Positions 20,289-31,019 of a stretch of DNA of 64,000 nt are shown one piece after another. Source of the stretch: Sedimentisphaerales bacterium. Lineage in GTDB: Bacteria; Planctomycetota; Phycisphaerae; Sedimentisphaerales; SM23-30. The stretch lies in assembly GCA_963663965.2 (NCBI GenBank), contig CAXXFK010000023.1, positions 32,001 to 96,000 of the forward strand, in the 5' to 3' direction. The notes beneath the pieces are model-generated. The model did no database searches. It saw only the letters and a list, made by a program, of their open reading frames with translations, and had not been told where the DNA came from. Made by a program: the position numbers and the translations under genes. Positions within the stretch are counted from its first letter, which is position 1. Each line of letters opens with the position of its first letter.

Positions 20289-23200
20289 ATGAAAAACAAC
20301 ATCTCATTGGTTGGGCGTTATTATTTATTATTTGTCTATTATATCCTGTTTTGCGCCGGTATTCTGCCCGCCAAAATGATATACGTCAAAGTTAATGCCA
20401 ACGGCAACAACAATGGCGCCGACTGGACCAACGCCTACAACCACCTTCAGGATGCCCTGCAAAATGCCCAGCTGGGCGATGCCATATTAATCGCCCAGGG
20501 CTATTATTACCCCAACACGAACACTCAGTACCCCAATGGGACCAAAGACCGCACCCTGTCATTCACCCTGAAAAACGGCGTAACACTCGCAGGTGGCTTC
20601 GCGGGCGACCCCAAAAAACCTCTCTCCCGAAATCCGTCCTTATACAAAACCTATCTCAGCGGCGATATTGGTATCCTTGGCAACACGGCCGATAACAGCT
20701 ACCACGTCCTTTACGCCAACGCCGTAACCAATGCCACAGTCGATGGTGTTTATATCATCTACGGCAACGCCAATGCGAGCTCAGGCTCCAACGCATCCGG
20801 CGGAGGACTCTATCTCTACAACTGTTCGCCCGAAATCAATAATTGCCAGTTCAAATTTAACGAAGCGCATACCGGCGGGGCAATCTATGGCGCGATCGTT
20901 TCTCCCAACATCACCGAATGCCGTTTCGAAGAAAATTCCTCCTCTCAAAAAGGTGGCGCTATTTATGTCGCCGCCGCTTCCAGCCCAACTCTGGAAGGCT
21001 GCACCTTCTATAATAACATAAGCAATTACGGCGGCGCATTATACAGTTATAACGGCATGCCCGACCTTATCAACTGCGTTTTCGACCAGAACATGTGTTA
21101 TTTTGGCGGCGGTGCGCTCTATTACGAAATGAGCAACGGCGCCATCCTTCAGTCAATTTTTTGCAATAATGTCGCGATCCCCTGGGAATCCCCTCCGCCC
21201 GGCGGTGCGCTCTACTGCCGGGATAGCAATCCCCAGATCATTAACAGCGTCTTCTGGAATAATTTCAGTATGATTACCGGTGGCATCTATGGCAATTCCG
21301 CCCCAGCCATCACCAATACCATTCTCTGGAATAACGGCAGCTCCAATCTCTATGACCAGATCGATTGTACTTCCGCCTCGGTCAATTACTGTTGTATAGA
21401 AGGCTGGGATGGCTCCCTCGGCGGAACGGGCAACATTGCCGCCGATCCCCTCTTTGCCGATCCCGTTAACCTCAATTTCAACCTGGCTGCCGGCTCTGGC
21501 GGTATCGACGCCGGCCAGAACGCCGCCCTCGGCGACCTCCTCATGAACGACTTCTATGGCAATCCCCGCTATGGTAACGATCCCGCCACTCCCGACACCG
21601 GTAGCGGCGCTGCCCCGATTATCGATATCGGCGTCGCCGAAATCCCCTCACCCTCCGTTATCTTTGTCCGCACCGACGCGCCCGGCCCCGATCACGACGG
21701 ATCCAGTTGGAGCAAGGCCTATTTATACCTGCAAGATGCCTTGGAAGTTGCCGTTGCCGGTCAGCAGATCTGGATCGCCAAAGGCGCCTATAAACCCGAC
21801 CAGAGCAAAGACCACCCCTCCGGCACCGGCAACCGCGACGCCACCTTCGATATCAACGATGGCATTGCCCTCTATGGGGGGTTCGCGGGCAACGAAGATC
21901 CCGAAACGTATGACCTGGCCCAACGCCAGTTGCAACTCAATGAATCGATCCTGAGCGGCAATATTGGCTCCACCGGCACATCAACCGACAACTCCTATTC
22001 CATCGCCACCCTGGAAGGCGTCGGCGGTTCTGTCGTAATCAACGGATGCCTTTTTCAGGAGGCCTGGGCTGATGGCACTGAATCGAAACAGAAAATGGGA
22101 GGTGCACTCTACTGTGATGGGGTCGCTCCCATCATGTCCCAGTGTATTGTCCGTAATTGCCATTCCATATGGCATGGCGCCGGCATTTATACCAATAACT
22201 GCGATCCTGTTATCCTAGATTGTATCTTCAGATTCAACACGATCGATACCAACTATGGCGGAGCCGGTTTATTTTGCGGCAATGGAACATTAAAATTAGA
22301 ACAATGTCTTTTTCAACGTAATCAGGCAAAAAATGGCGGAGCCTTGCATGTACTTCAATCGGAGGTTTTCATTACCGAATCCGAATTCTTTTATAACCAG
22401 GGCTCTTATGGCGGCGGGGCCCATTTTTACGGTTGCCCGTCAGTCACGCTTGACCGTTGCGTTTTCTCAGGCAATCAAGGATTCAGCGGCGGGGCTCTAT
22501 CCGCTCAATGGGATTCATTTGCTATGTACAATTGTTTGTTTTATAACAATACCGCCGACCTGGGCGGCGCGGTCTATATCTGGGAAACCAGCTCTGCCCG
22601 GGCCGCCAATTGCACCCTGGTTGATAATACCGCCAACCAGGGCGGCGGCCTCTTCGCGGTGAATAATACGGTCGATGTCAGCAATACAATCTTGTGGAAT
22701 AACCAGGCTCGGATGCCGGAAGTCCAGGATAACCAGTTAAAAGGAGGCGGATCATACCATTACAATATCAATTACTGTTGCGTACAAGGCTGGTCCGGCA
22801 GCCTCGGCGGCGCCGGCAACACCGGTAACGACCCCCGCTTCTACGATTCGGATGTCCAGGATTATCATTTGCGCCCCGGTTCACCCTGTATCGACGCCGG
22901 CGATAACGACACCCTCCCCGATTTTGCCACCCTCGATCTGGACGGCCGCAACCGCTTCTATAACGACCCGTTCTCGCCCAATACCGGCCACGGCATTTCT
23001 CCCCTCGTCGATATGGGCGCTTATGAATATCGTTTGCACTATCGGGTCAGGCCCCCTCTCCCCACGCCCAATCCCAACCCGCAACTCAACGACGATGTCA
23101 CCGAATTTACCAATCTACAGGACGCGCTCACCGCTGCACAAACTGGCGATGCTATCTGGGTTTCCGCCGGAACCTATACGCCCGATCAGGGCGGTCTATA

Positions 23201-24614
23201 CGCCGCTGGCGATCAGAACGCCACCTTCCGCCTCAACAAAGGCGTCCGGCTCTATGGTGGATTCCCCGTTGATAATGACGCCTGGGAATCCCGCAACCCA
23301 ACTCTCCACGAAACCATTCTCAGCGGCGACCTGGCCGGCGATGACGGCCCCAATTTCACCAACTACACCGACAACTGCCTCCACGTCCTCGATGGCTCCG
23401 GTACCGACCAGACCACCATCCTCAACGGCTTCACCATCTCCGGCGGCAACGCCGGCCCCAACTACCATCCCGCCAATAAAGGTGGAGGCATCATTATCTT
23501 CCCCGGCAGCCCCACCATCAAACTATGCCACTTCACCGCCAACTCAGCCGCCGGCCATCGCGGTGGCGCCATCTTCAATAAAAGCGACAGCAACCCCTGG
23601 ATTACCCAATGCCGCTTCACCGCCAACCGGGCCGGCGAAGGCGGCGCCATCTGCAACGAAGGCGATTGCAGCCCGCTCATCGAAAACTGCGAATTCACCG
23701 GCAATGCCGCCGTCGCGACTGCCTATGGCTACGGCTCCGGCGGCGCCATCCACAACCGCGCCAATAGCAATCCCATTATTCGCCGGTGCCGCTTTATCGA
23801 TAACACCTCCAATGACGATGCCGGCGGAATCATGAATTACAGCGATTGCCACCCAACCATCGAACAATGCCTCTTTAGCGGCAACGCCTCCAACGACAAG
23901 GCCGGTGCTGTATACGATCGCACGTATTGTGCCTCCACCCTTAAAAACTGCACCTTCTATAACAATCAGGCCGCCTACGGCGGCGCCCTCTATGCCTGGG
24001 AATACTGCACCGGCTTCGTCCTGAATTCCATCTTCTTTAAAAACGCCGCCACCTACGGCCCCGAACTGGCCTCCCATAACCGCAGCAATGTCAGGATCGA
24101 TTATTGTTGCATCGATCCCGAAGCCACCCTCATCGATGGCAATTCCCAGATCCAATGGGGCGTTGGCAATATCAGCGAAGATCCCCGCTTTGTCAACGCC
24201 GCGGCCGGCGACTTCCACCTCCTCAGCAAAGGCTGGTACCTGAAAAACGACTCCTGGGCCTGGTCCGGCTCTACCAGCCGTTGTATCGACGCCGGCTGCC
24301 CCGGCTCGCCCTTGCAGAATGAACTCGCCACTGTTCCGTCCGATCCCTCCAATACCTACGGCATCAATCTCCGGATCAACATGGGCATTTACGGCGGCAC
24401 CGACCAGGCCTCTATGCCCCCCCATCACTGGGCGCTCCTGTCCGATTACGACAACGACGGCATCGCCGCCCTCACCGATTTCAACCTGCTCTCCAACACC
24501 TGGCTCTCCACTGACAGTTATCTACCCGGTGATACCAACCGCAACGCCGCTACCGATCCGCCCGATATGCAACTGCTGGTCGAGGACTGGCTGGCAACCA
24601 CCACCTGGCATTGA
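20289..24614 (+). CDS. Large secreted right-handed parallel beta-helix protein (three modules) with dockerin-like C-terminus
   Basis: Three repeats of LQDAL..A..GD.IW...G.Y.P...F.L..GV.LYGGF, many GGA/FxxN repeats, DP.F..D.HL..GSPCIDAG module ends, and a terminal GDTNRNAATD...DWL. Confidence 0.85.
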   Translation: MKNNISLVGRYYLLFVYYILFCAGILPAKMIYVKVNANGNNNGADWTNAYNHLQDALQNAQLGDAILIAQGYYYPNTNTQYPNGTKDRTLSFTLKNGVTLAGGFAGDPKKPLSRNPSLYKTYLSGDIGILGNTADNSYHVLYANAVTNATVDGVYIIYGNANASSGSNASGGGLYLYNCSPEINNCQFKFNEAHTGGAIYGAIVSPNITECRFEENSSSQKGGAIYVAAASSPTLEGCTFYNNISNYGGALYSYNGMPDLINCVFDQNMCYFGGGALYYEMSNGAILQSIFCNNVAIPWESPPPGGALYCRDSNPQIINSVFWNNFSMITGGIYGNSAPAITNTILWNNGSSNLYDQIDCTSASVNYCCIEGWDGSLGGTGNIAADPLFADPVNLNFNLAAGSGGIDAGQNAALGDLLMNDFYGNPRYGNDPATPDTGSGAAPIIDIGVAEIPSPSVIFVRTDAPGPDHDGSSWSKAYLYLQDALEVAVAGQQIWIAKGAYKPDQSKDHPSGTGNRDATFDINDGIALYGGFAGNEDPETYDLAQRQLQLNESILSGNIGSTGTSTDNSYSIATLEGVGGSVVINGCLFQEAWADGTESKQKMGGALYCDGVAPIMSQCIVRNCHSIWHGAGIYTNNCDPVILDCIFRFNTIDTNYGGAGLFCGNGTLKLEQCLFQRNQAKNGGALHVLQSEVFITESEFFYNQGSYGGGAHFYGCPSVTLDRCVFSGNQGFSGGALSAQWDSFAMYNCLFYNNTADLGGAVYIWETSSARAANCTLVDNTANQGGGLFAVNNTVDVSNTILWNNQARMPEVQDNQLKGGGSYHYNINYCCVQGWSGSLGGAGNTGNDPRFYDSDVQDYHLRPGSPCIDAGDNDTLPDFATLDLDGRNRFYNDPFSPNTGHGISPLVDMGAYEYRLHYRVRPPLPTPNPNPQLNDDVTEFTNLQDALTAAQTGDAIWVSAGTYTPDQGGLYAAGDQNATFRLNKGVRLYGGFPVDNDAWESRNPTLHETILSGDLAGDDGPNFTNYTDNCLHVLDGSGTDQTTILNGFTISGGNAGPNYHPANKGGGIIIFPGSPTIKLCHFTANSAAGHRGGAIFNKSDSNPWITQCRFTANRAGEGGAICNEGDCSPLIENCEFTGNAAVATAYGYGSGGAIHNRANSNPIIRRCRFIDNTSNDDAGGIMNYSDCHPTIEQCLFSGNASNDKAGAVYDRTYCASTLKNCTFYNNQAAYGGALYAWEYCTGFVLNSIFFKNAATYGPELASHNRSNVRIDYCCIDPEATLIDGNSQIQWGVGNISEDPRFVNAAAGDFHLLSKGWYLKNDSWAWSGSTSRCIDAGCPGSPLQNELATVPSDPSNTYGINLRINMGIYGGTDQASMPPHHWALLSDYDNDGIAALTDFNLLSNTWLSTDSYLPGDTNRNAATDPPDMQLLVEDWLATTTWH

Positions 24615-24997
24615 TATCGCGCCTTTAACAGTAGAGGCCGCTTGCCGCCCTGAATGAGTTTTTAGAGGCGACCCATAGACAGTTCGCCGCTAAGACACAA
24701 AACTCCCTTTGTCTGCTATTAAGATGATTTGACTTGTATTGACCGCCGGCTTTTGTTAAAATCCAATAAGTCATTTTTGGTAGCTGTTCTTTCTAAAATT
24801 GAAAAAGAATGACAGCGCGCAAATCGGGATATTGATACCATTGGCGATTGAGTTCTGCCATTAACGATTGATAATGCCCGCCAGGCCGCCGGCAAACCAC
24901 TGGGTATCGAATTCGCCAACACCGCCCTCGACACCTGGGCCCAGGTTGACAATGTCCTGTTAACAAAGTAGCCACCAATAACCTCCTCCAACCCGTC

Positions 24998-25033
24998 GTA
25001 GAAACGCGACCCCTCGCGTCTCTACTTTTTTTT
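24998..25033 (+). repeat. GTAG-type REP-like palindrome with T-tail (possible terminator)
   Basis: GTAGAAACGCGA-CCCC-TCGCGTCTCTAC followed by a T run. Confidence 0.55.
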
Positions 25034-25091
25034 CAGAGCCGGTAATCGTTATCCCGCCTGATATCGAACCACACGCAACGAATTCCCCCCA

Positions 25092-25526
25092 TCAAGCCCG
25101 AACCGCGTTTTTGATCTCCACCGGAACCAGCCTTTGCAAAAAAACAAACCAGATCAAAACCGAAGCGATCACGGGTAATAATAACACCAAATAGCTCGCC
25201 GAAAAATTGCCGGCGACACAGAAAAATCCAACCACCCACCAGAACACCATCCAGCCGATCGCCCGGCGAACGCTAATGATCACTTCTATGCCTGAATTCT
25301 CGTTTACTGCCAGGGTCATTGCCGAAACAAACTGAAACGGATTGATGCCAAACCAGTTATTACCCGACCACCCCCGGAAATCGAGACTGAAAACACAAAA
25401 CGGCGTCGCCGTTGACTTCAGCGTGTAGCCTTCCACGATAGAGTTTACCGATCGACTATCCAGCAGCGACCGAAGCCTCACCACCGTTTCATCTCGATTC
25501 AATTCTGACTGAACAAGCAGATTCAT
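25092..25526 (-). CDS. Hypothetical membrane protein
   Basis: The ORF from MNLLVQSEL has two C-terminal hydrophobic helices. The ORF-track start at 25658 is likely too long. Confidence 0.55.
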   Translation of the reverse strand: MNLLVQSELNRDETVVRLRSLLDSRSVNSIVEGYTLKSTATPFCVFSLDFRGWSGNNWFGINPFQFVSAMTLAVNENSGIEVIISVRRAIGWMVFWWVVGFFCVAGNFSASYLVLLLPVIASVLIWFVFLQRLVPVEIKNAVRA

Positions 25527-25731
25527 ACCATTCCCTGCTGTTATAGGATTACACAATGCGCCAGCGATATAGTTATCATATTGATGTCGTCCAGGCAACC
25601 ATTGGGGCCGATGAATAATCTGTCTGTTTCTCTGGACTTGCCCGGAATGATTTTTCAATCAAACCAAAATGCGACAGGCTCGCAAGCATCTGAAACGGCA
25701 GGTTATGCCGGGCGGCCCAAGGATTGTCTTC

Positions 25732-27576
25732 CTATATGATTTTTTCGATGATAATGGTCTGGCCATCGGTAAAGTGTGCGGTTTTAGCATCCTGCGGCGA
25801 GAGGCGTATGACTTCTGAGTCCGGTTCGATTTCGGCGGATGCTTTTATGTGGACAGATCGGAGGCCGCCGTATATCCAGTTGGTATGGCTGGCATAGAGC
25901 AAATCGCCCGGTTCCGCCGCCATCGTATCCAGAGCCGGCCGGGGAACAACCGCGACGTTTTCTTCCGTAATTTCAGGATCGATTCTGACCGTCAGCCGGG
26001 CCTTTTTGCCAGGTGTACGGTTCGGCTCTGACCCCTTGAAGATTTTCATGGCATCCAGTTGCGTACCGGCGATCAGACCTCTAATTTCCTCAATGGGTTT
26101 GGGCTTGGTAAAGAAGGTAACAACCACCCCCAGCGTCCCGGATGCAATAATGCCAAACAGGGCGCGCATGAATTTGTAACTGTCCGGCCCCATGCCAAAA
26201 TCCAGCGGCCCTACCAGCGCGTCCGGCCAGACAAACGAGCACGCGATCAAAATCGCACCCCCGACGATCGTGGCGAAAGCCGCCGCGGGAGTGTAGCGCT
26301 TCCAGGTTATGGCAAAGACAATCGCCATCAATACCGGCGGGGTAATCGCCGCGGTAAACTTGCCATGGGCGCCATAGATGGTATCTTTCATAAAGATGGG
26401 CACCAGGGCCAGGCCCGCCGCCGCCGCCACCAGACTGGTAATTCGGGCCACCAGAAGATAGTGCCGGTCGGAGCTTTGCGGCTTGACATACGGTTTCCAC
26501 ACATCATTCACGAAGATCGCACTGACCGCGTTGATCAGAGAATCGGCCGTACTCATCAGGGCCGCCGTCAGAGCGGCCAGCACAAATCCAAAGATGCCCG
26601 GCGAGCAGAGGAAATACGCCGCCTTGACAAAGGCATCCGGCGCCTCGGTCTGGAGTTCGCCGTTATTGACCAGCGCCTTGGCAATCCACCCGCCGCAACT
26701 CGTTGCAATCGCCGCCAGCGGTGAGAGTATCAATATCCAGCATACCACCATGCGGCGCGAATCTTTGACGCTTTTCAGCGACAGAAATCGCATGATAAAT
26801 CCCTGGTGCATCAGCATGAGCGCGCCGGTATTGGCCAGCCCATCCTGGACGTATATCCCGATAAAACTGAATTTGGGCGGATCGTTGAAGTCAGAAAAGG
26901 CGTACTTGTGCGATTCGGGCAGCAGGGACCAGAAATCGTAGAAACCGCCAAAATGGACAATAGCGGCGACAAAGATACCCAGCCCCGCAACCAGCAGGAT
27001 AATCCCCTGGACCAGGTCTGTCATGATAACCGCCGTCTGACCACCGGCATAAACGTAGAGCGCGACGGCCACGGCGGTAATTGTGGCCCCCGTCATGATA
27101 TTCCACCCCAGCAGGGTATGCAGGGTTTTGCCCAGTGTGATCAGGTTGATACCGATGTATCCAACGATATAGATCAGGATAATAATGGTGGCGGCCAGAC
27201 GGGTAGATTTATTGAAGCGTTTTTCCAGATATTCCGGAATGGACTGGATTTTCATATAGTACACAATGGGTATCCAGATCAAAACCAGAATAGGCATCCA
27301 GAACCAGTCGTTCAGGTAGGACTGGGTGCTTGAAATCCCGTAGGAGAATCCCGCCGCGCTGTATTTGATAAAACTGTAACTGCCGACCACCGTGGCGATG
27401 CATGAAAAGGCGATGAGCCACCACGAAAAGCGCTGGCCCCCGAAGAAAAAGTCCTTGGTCGTGGCGGTATAGCGGCCGAAATACAAACCAAAACCCAGGA
27501 CCGCGACGAAATAAAATATCATCACTGCGTAATCGAGCCCCGAACCCATGGCCTGTGGCGTTGCCTCTGCGATCAT
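25732..27576 (-). CDS. Sodium:solute symporter (SSS) family protein
   Basis: DFFFGG, SIPEYLEKRF, YVYAGGQTAVIMTDLVQG and AALMSTADSLINAVS. Confidence 0.93.
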   Translation of the reverse strand: MIAEATPQAMGSGLDYAVMIFYFVAVLGFGLYFGRYTATTKDFFFGGQRFSWWLIAFSCIATVVGSYSFIKYSAAGFSYGISSTQSYLNDWFWMPILVLIWIPIVYYMKIQSIPEYLEKRFNKSTRLAATIIILIYIVGYIGINLITLGKTLHTLLGWNIMTGATITAVAVALYVYAGGQTAVIMTDLVQGIILLVAGLGIFVAAIVHFGGFYDFWSLLPESHKYAFSDFNDPPKFSFIGIYVQDGLANTGALMLMHQGFIMRFLSLKSVKDSRRMVVCWILILSPLAAIATSCGGWIAKALVNNGELQTEAPDAFVKAAYFLCSPGIFGFVLAALTAALMSTADSLINAVSAIFVNDVWKPYVKPQSSDRHYLLVARITSLVAAAAGLALVPIFMKDTIYGAHGKFTAAITPPVLMAIVFAITWKRYTPAAAFATIVGGAILIACSFVWPDALVGPLDFGMGPDSYKFMRALFGIIASGTLGVVVTFFTKPKPIEEIRGLIAGTQLDAMKIFKGSEPNRTPGKKARLTVRIDPEITEENVAVVPRPALDTMAAEPGDLLYASHTNWIYGGLRSVHIKASAEIEPDSEVIRLSPQDAKTAHFTDGQTIIIEKII

Positions 27577-27797
27577 GCGTCACCTCCCGACGCCCAGAAC
27601 GGGGCCCAGAACGTAAAAATGCTGACCAGCGCAAGCATGAAGACAAAGCCGGCCACCAGGATAACCAGCAAACGCCGGTCTTCGGGGATTTTTAGGTCGA
27701 GGTAATTTCCCTTAAGGCCGCCCGCGATACCAATAATGCACAGGATCGCTCCGATACCGAATTGGCATATAATCGGCCACACTCTCAGCATGTTCAT
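27573..27797 (-). CDS. Small two-TM membrane protein coupled to the SSS gene
   Basis: AAGGAG RBS, 4-nt overlap with the SSS start, two hydrophobic helices. Confidence 0.75.
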   Translation of the reverse strand: MNMLRVWPIICQFGIGAILCIIGIAGGLKGNYLDLKIPEDRRLLVILVAGFVFMLALVSIFTFWAPFWASGGDA

Positions 27798-27943
27798 GGC
27801 AACTCCTTGATGGTTGACAGGATGGTCGTTAATCCATTGACTATATTCACGGTTGTTCTAATGTAGCCTGGAGAAAAACGCTCTCGTCTCGTTGCGCGCG
27901 GAGTGCCCGCTCGCAAGCCCTGAATGAATTTTAACGGGCCCCC

Positions 27944-28768
27944 TTATTGTAGCAGCTGCTCTCGCAGCCATTCAGGACGGTTCGTCGTAATGCCGGCCAC
28001 TCCAAGATCGACGAGTCGTTTCGCCTCCTGGGGGTCGTCCACCGTCCAGACATAAAGTTTCTGGCCGGCGGCCTTTACCGCATCCATAAATTCCTGATTG
28101 ACGCCCGCGTAGTGCAGATCGAGCCCATCCAGTCCGTTTTCGACGGCAACATCGATCAGGGATGGGTCATGGGGGAGGTATTGCTTGGTAACCTCATCTT
28201 TGTCGGTTCCCTTGAGCCAGTACACCGGGATCCGGGGCAGCTGTTTTTTCGCCGCCGCGGCCGTTTCCAGGCCGAAAGAGATGATAACAATCTGTTTGGA
28301 TTTGCCGCTTTTTTCTATCATCGGTACCAGAACCGGCAGAATTTCCGGCCCGCACTTGATTTCCACGTAGAGCTTTTTGCCCCGGGGGATCCTCTCGATA
28401 ATATCTGCCAGAAAGGGTATCGGCTCGCCCTGGTATGCTTCGGACTTGAATGAACCGACATCGACCTTCCTGAGTTCGTCGGATGTGGTATCCGCGATTT
28501 TCAAATCGACGTTTCCGGTTCTCTTGGTGCTGGAATCATGCATGACCATGATCCGGTTATCCCTGGACAGGTAAACATCGACCTCGACATCGGCATTCTT
28601 TTCCCAGCCGAGCATCACCGATGCCATGGTATTCTCCGGGGCGATATAAGACGCCCCCCGGTGGGCGATAATTTCAACTTTTTCTTCGGCTTTCATAGGC
28701 CGCCCGGCGCAGCCGGCGGTGATCATCATAACAAATCCAATCAAAACAGTTACAGCAACGTATTTCAT
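27944..28768 (-). CDS. Glycerophosphodiester phosphodiesterase (probable lipoprotein)
   Basis: IIAHRGAS..APENT, EVDV, MHD, VEIK, VWTVDD, GITTNRP and a TAGC lipobox. Confidence 0.93.
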   Translation of the reverse strand: MKYVAVTVLIGFVMMITAGCAGRPMKAEEKVEIIAHRGASYIAPENTMASVMLGWEKNADVEVDVYLSRDNRIMVMHDSSTKRTGNVDLKIADTTSDELRKVDVGSFKSEAYQGEPIPFLADIIERIPRGKKLYVEIKCGPEILPVLVPMIEKSGKSKQIVIISFGLETAAAAKKQLPRIPVYWLKGTDKDEVTKQYLPHDPSLIDVAVENGLDGLDLHYAGVNQEFMDAVKAAGQKLYVWTVDDPQEAKRLVDLGVAGITTNRPEWLREQLLQ

Positions 28769-29277
28769 TTTTTGCTCCCTTAACTATTTTTTCTATTTTC
28801 TGACAATACAACGCCACAGCATACCGCCTTATTTCCATATAAGCAATATCTAATTGTTATCTAACACTCGCAACCCAAGACACCATTTCCCCGGCAACAC
28901 CAGCGCCGACACCCCACCGCTCCCCAGAACCCCTGCCGACGCCGACATCCCCATAAATCACAGCAAACAAAATCCGGCCGGCCAACCCCAATACAACCAT
29001 AAGTCGCTATATATCAACCACTTACTACCCATATGGCCCTCTTTCTCCCGCTTGGACCGATAGCCCCATTCTCTAACTCAGACCGCCGCCAACAAATTCG
29101 TTGCCAACAAATCTGTTGCAACCCGCCGCGCAATTCGGCCAGATAACCACCAAACGCCCCATCCCACATCACAAAACCATCACTAACAGCTTCGATTATC
29201 TATCCCCTATCGATCCCGTATTGCTCATGAAGAACACCAGCGGCTTGGCCGTCAGGAGAATCGGCTTGTTTGGTTCT

Positions 29278-29760
29278 TCAATGTATCCATTGTCGCCTGA
29301 CTTCAACAACGTTGTCATTTTCGTCCATTAATAGATCAAATTGCCAACCAAAACGACCACAATCAAATCTGAAAACAATTGCTTTTTCATTTTCATTTAG
29401 CGGCCAGAAAGGAAAATTATAAGATCCCTTTCTATGATTTGGGTCATGCTTAAGCAATAGTAGAACTTCTTCTGTCTTTAAACCAATAAGGTTCTTCTTT
29501 TCCGCCTCCATAACTCTAGCTGCTGCGTTTATTGCCGATACGGGCGAAACGAAATAAGTCACATCCCCGGTATCATCTACCGTTTGCATTTCGACCAGTT
29601 TCCACATCTTCGCCTTATCTGTATCCAAATCGGTAGAAGCAACAACTTGAGAATCTGGCTCTTCATCATCTATACTGTTTTTCGCATCCTCGGATGAATT
29701 ACAGGAAGACAAGAAAAGGCTAGCCATTAACAAGAGTGGTATGATTCGGTAAATTTTCAT
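29278..29760 (-). CDS. Hypothetical lipoprotein (cassette-like)
   Basis: GGAG RBS, MKIYRIIPLLLMASLFLSS-C lipobox, AT-rich, flanked by decayed attC-like palindromes. Confidence 0.7.
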   Translation of the reverse strand: MKIYRIIPLLLMASLFLSSCNSSEDAKNSIDDEEPDSQVVASTDLDTDKAKMWKLVEMQTVDDTGDVTYFVSPVSAINAAARVMEAEKKNLIGLKTEEVLLLLKHDPNHRKGSYNFPFWPLNENEKAIVFRFDCGRFGWQFDLLMDENDNVVEVRRQWIH

Positions 29761-29875
29761 ATCTTCTCCATTTAGTTCATCGCTGCCGTTAGGCGGCCGC
29801 TGCAAAGCGTTAATATGTATTTAGTCGTTTTCTGTGTTTTCATACACAATTAATTTCAAACAGGCCAATCAGTAC

Positions 29876-30484
29876 TCATCGATCACACCACAAAATCAAC
29901 CGCACATCATCTGGCGCGCCAAATCCTCTCAGTTCCTGAATGATATTCGAGAGGTGCGTTTCTCCAAAAGCTTTGCGATATGTTTCCGTCCAAGTAACGA
30001 TACAACCATTACGCATCATCTCGGAATAGCTAAGGATCCCCTCAGGTAGCCCATGTTGATTCGGATTGAATTTCACCGCATCTTCTTTTGAAACCATTGC
30101 TTCTCGAACAATTAAGTTCTTATCCCATTCAAAGTCAAGAATCTCTTGCAGCGTTACCCAGCTGGAATGCGCCACATCTTGGCCTATTGAATAATAATCT
30201 GCGGCAACTTCGGCACAGGCATCCTCTGGAAAACCGCGCTCCGGCACAATGGGCGAGATGGGGTCTTTGGACCAGGCATAACGCTCATTTATCAGTATGG
30301 CCGCATAAATTTTTGAATCACCGATTTCTATCGGCCGCGGAATCATGGCTGGATAGGGACAGGGCTTCTCATCCGGATATGGCTCATCTGAACAATAGCA
30401 ATCCGGATTAGGCACCATTTCCGTAGCACGTTGCCATATCTTATCGATCCGGATTTCAGGGTAAGCCCAAACCGAAATAGACAT
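29876..30484 (-). CDS. Hypothetical protein
   Basis: 202-aa ORF with an AAGGAG RBS. It contains RGFPED, HSSWVTLQEILDFEW and DDVRLILWCD motifs but no recognisable function. Confidence 0.7.
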   Translation of the reverse strand: MSISVWAYPEIRIDKIWQRATEMVPNPDCYCSDEPYPDEKPCPYPAMIPRPIEIGDSKIYAAILINERYAWSKDPISPIVPERGFPEDACAEVAADYYSIGQDVAHSSWVTLQEILDFEWDKNLIVREAMVSKEDAVKFNPNQHGLPEGILSYSEMMRNGCIVTWTETYRKAFGETHLSNIIQELRGFGAPDDVRLILWCDR

Positions 30485-31019
30485 TTAAAGACTCCTTATA
30501 TCTCGAATCTATATAAAACACAGTATATATTATTTTGTTGACAACTCCTGAAATCAAAATAAATCTTTAAGATCAAGTCGCCGAATTTCATATCAAAATT
30601 GAAACCGCCCTAAAGATATATAATCACAAATATTATGTTAATAAGTTCCAAGTAAGCTAAACTGCGACAGGGGCAATTCTTCTTCCTTCAACCAGTTATT
30701 TGCCATTAATGCCAGATCTTTAACCTCTTCCGGCTGTTCCTTCACTTGCTTCACTATCTTCTATGAAGCCAGAGGTCAAGAGGGAAAAGTGGTTTATATG
30801 GCATTTTATTGTATTTCCTTATTTCAAAACATGTTATCCTGTCCTTGCCCTTGCGGAGGATAAGGCAACGCTGAGGAGCGACCTGAGCGCCGTCAAGGGG
30901 TCCGGGAAGGCAGGCGGCGTACCTACGCCGCCCCTCCTGCCTTTTTGGACGATAAGCGATAAACCTGATCAAACAAATTTTCGCGCAGCGAATCCTTATT
31001 TTTATTCGATAAAATGCTC

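Noticed and set aside
6416..24428. Long antisense ORFs (6416-8719, 14316-15554, 18210-19283, 23544-24428)
   Set aside because: They are shadow frames of well-supported genes, caused by C-rich third codon positions.
10518..30544. Exact 20,000-bp offset between two 27-bp motif copies
   Set aside because: Treated as coincidence. The third copy does not fit, and the flanks are unrelated.
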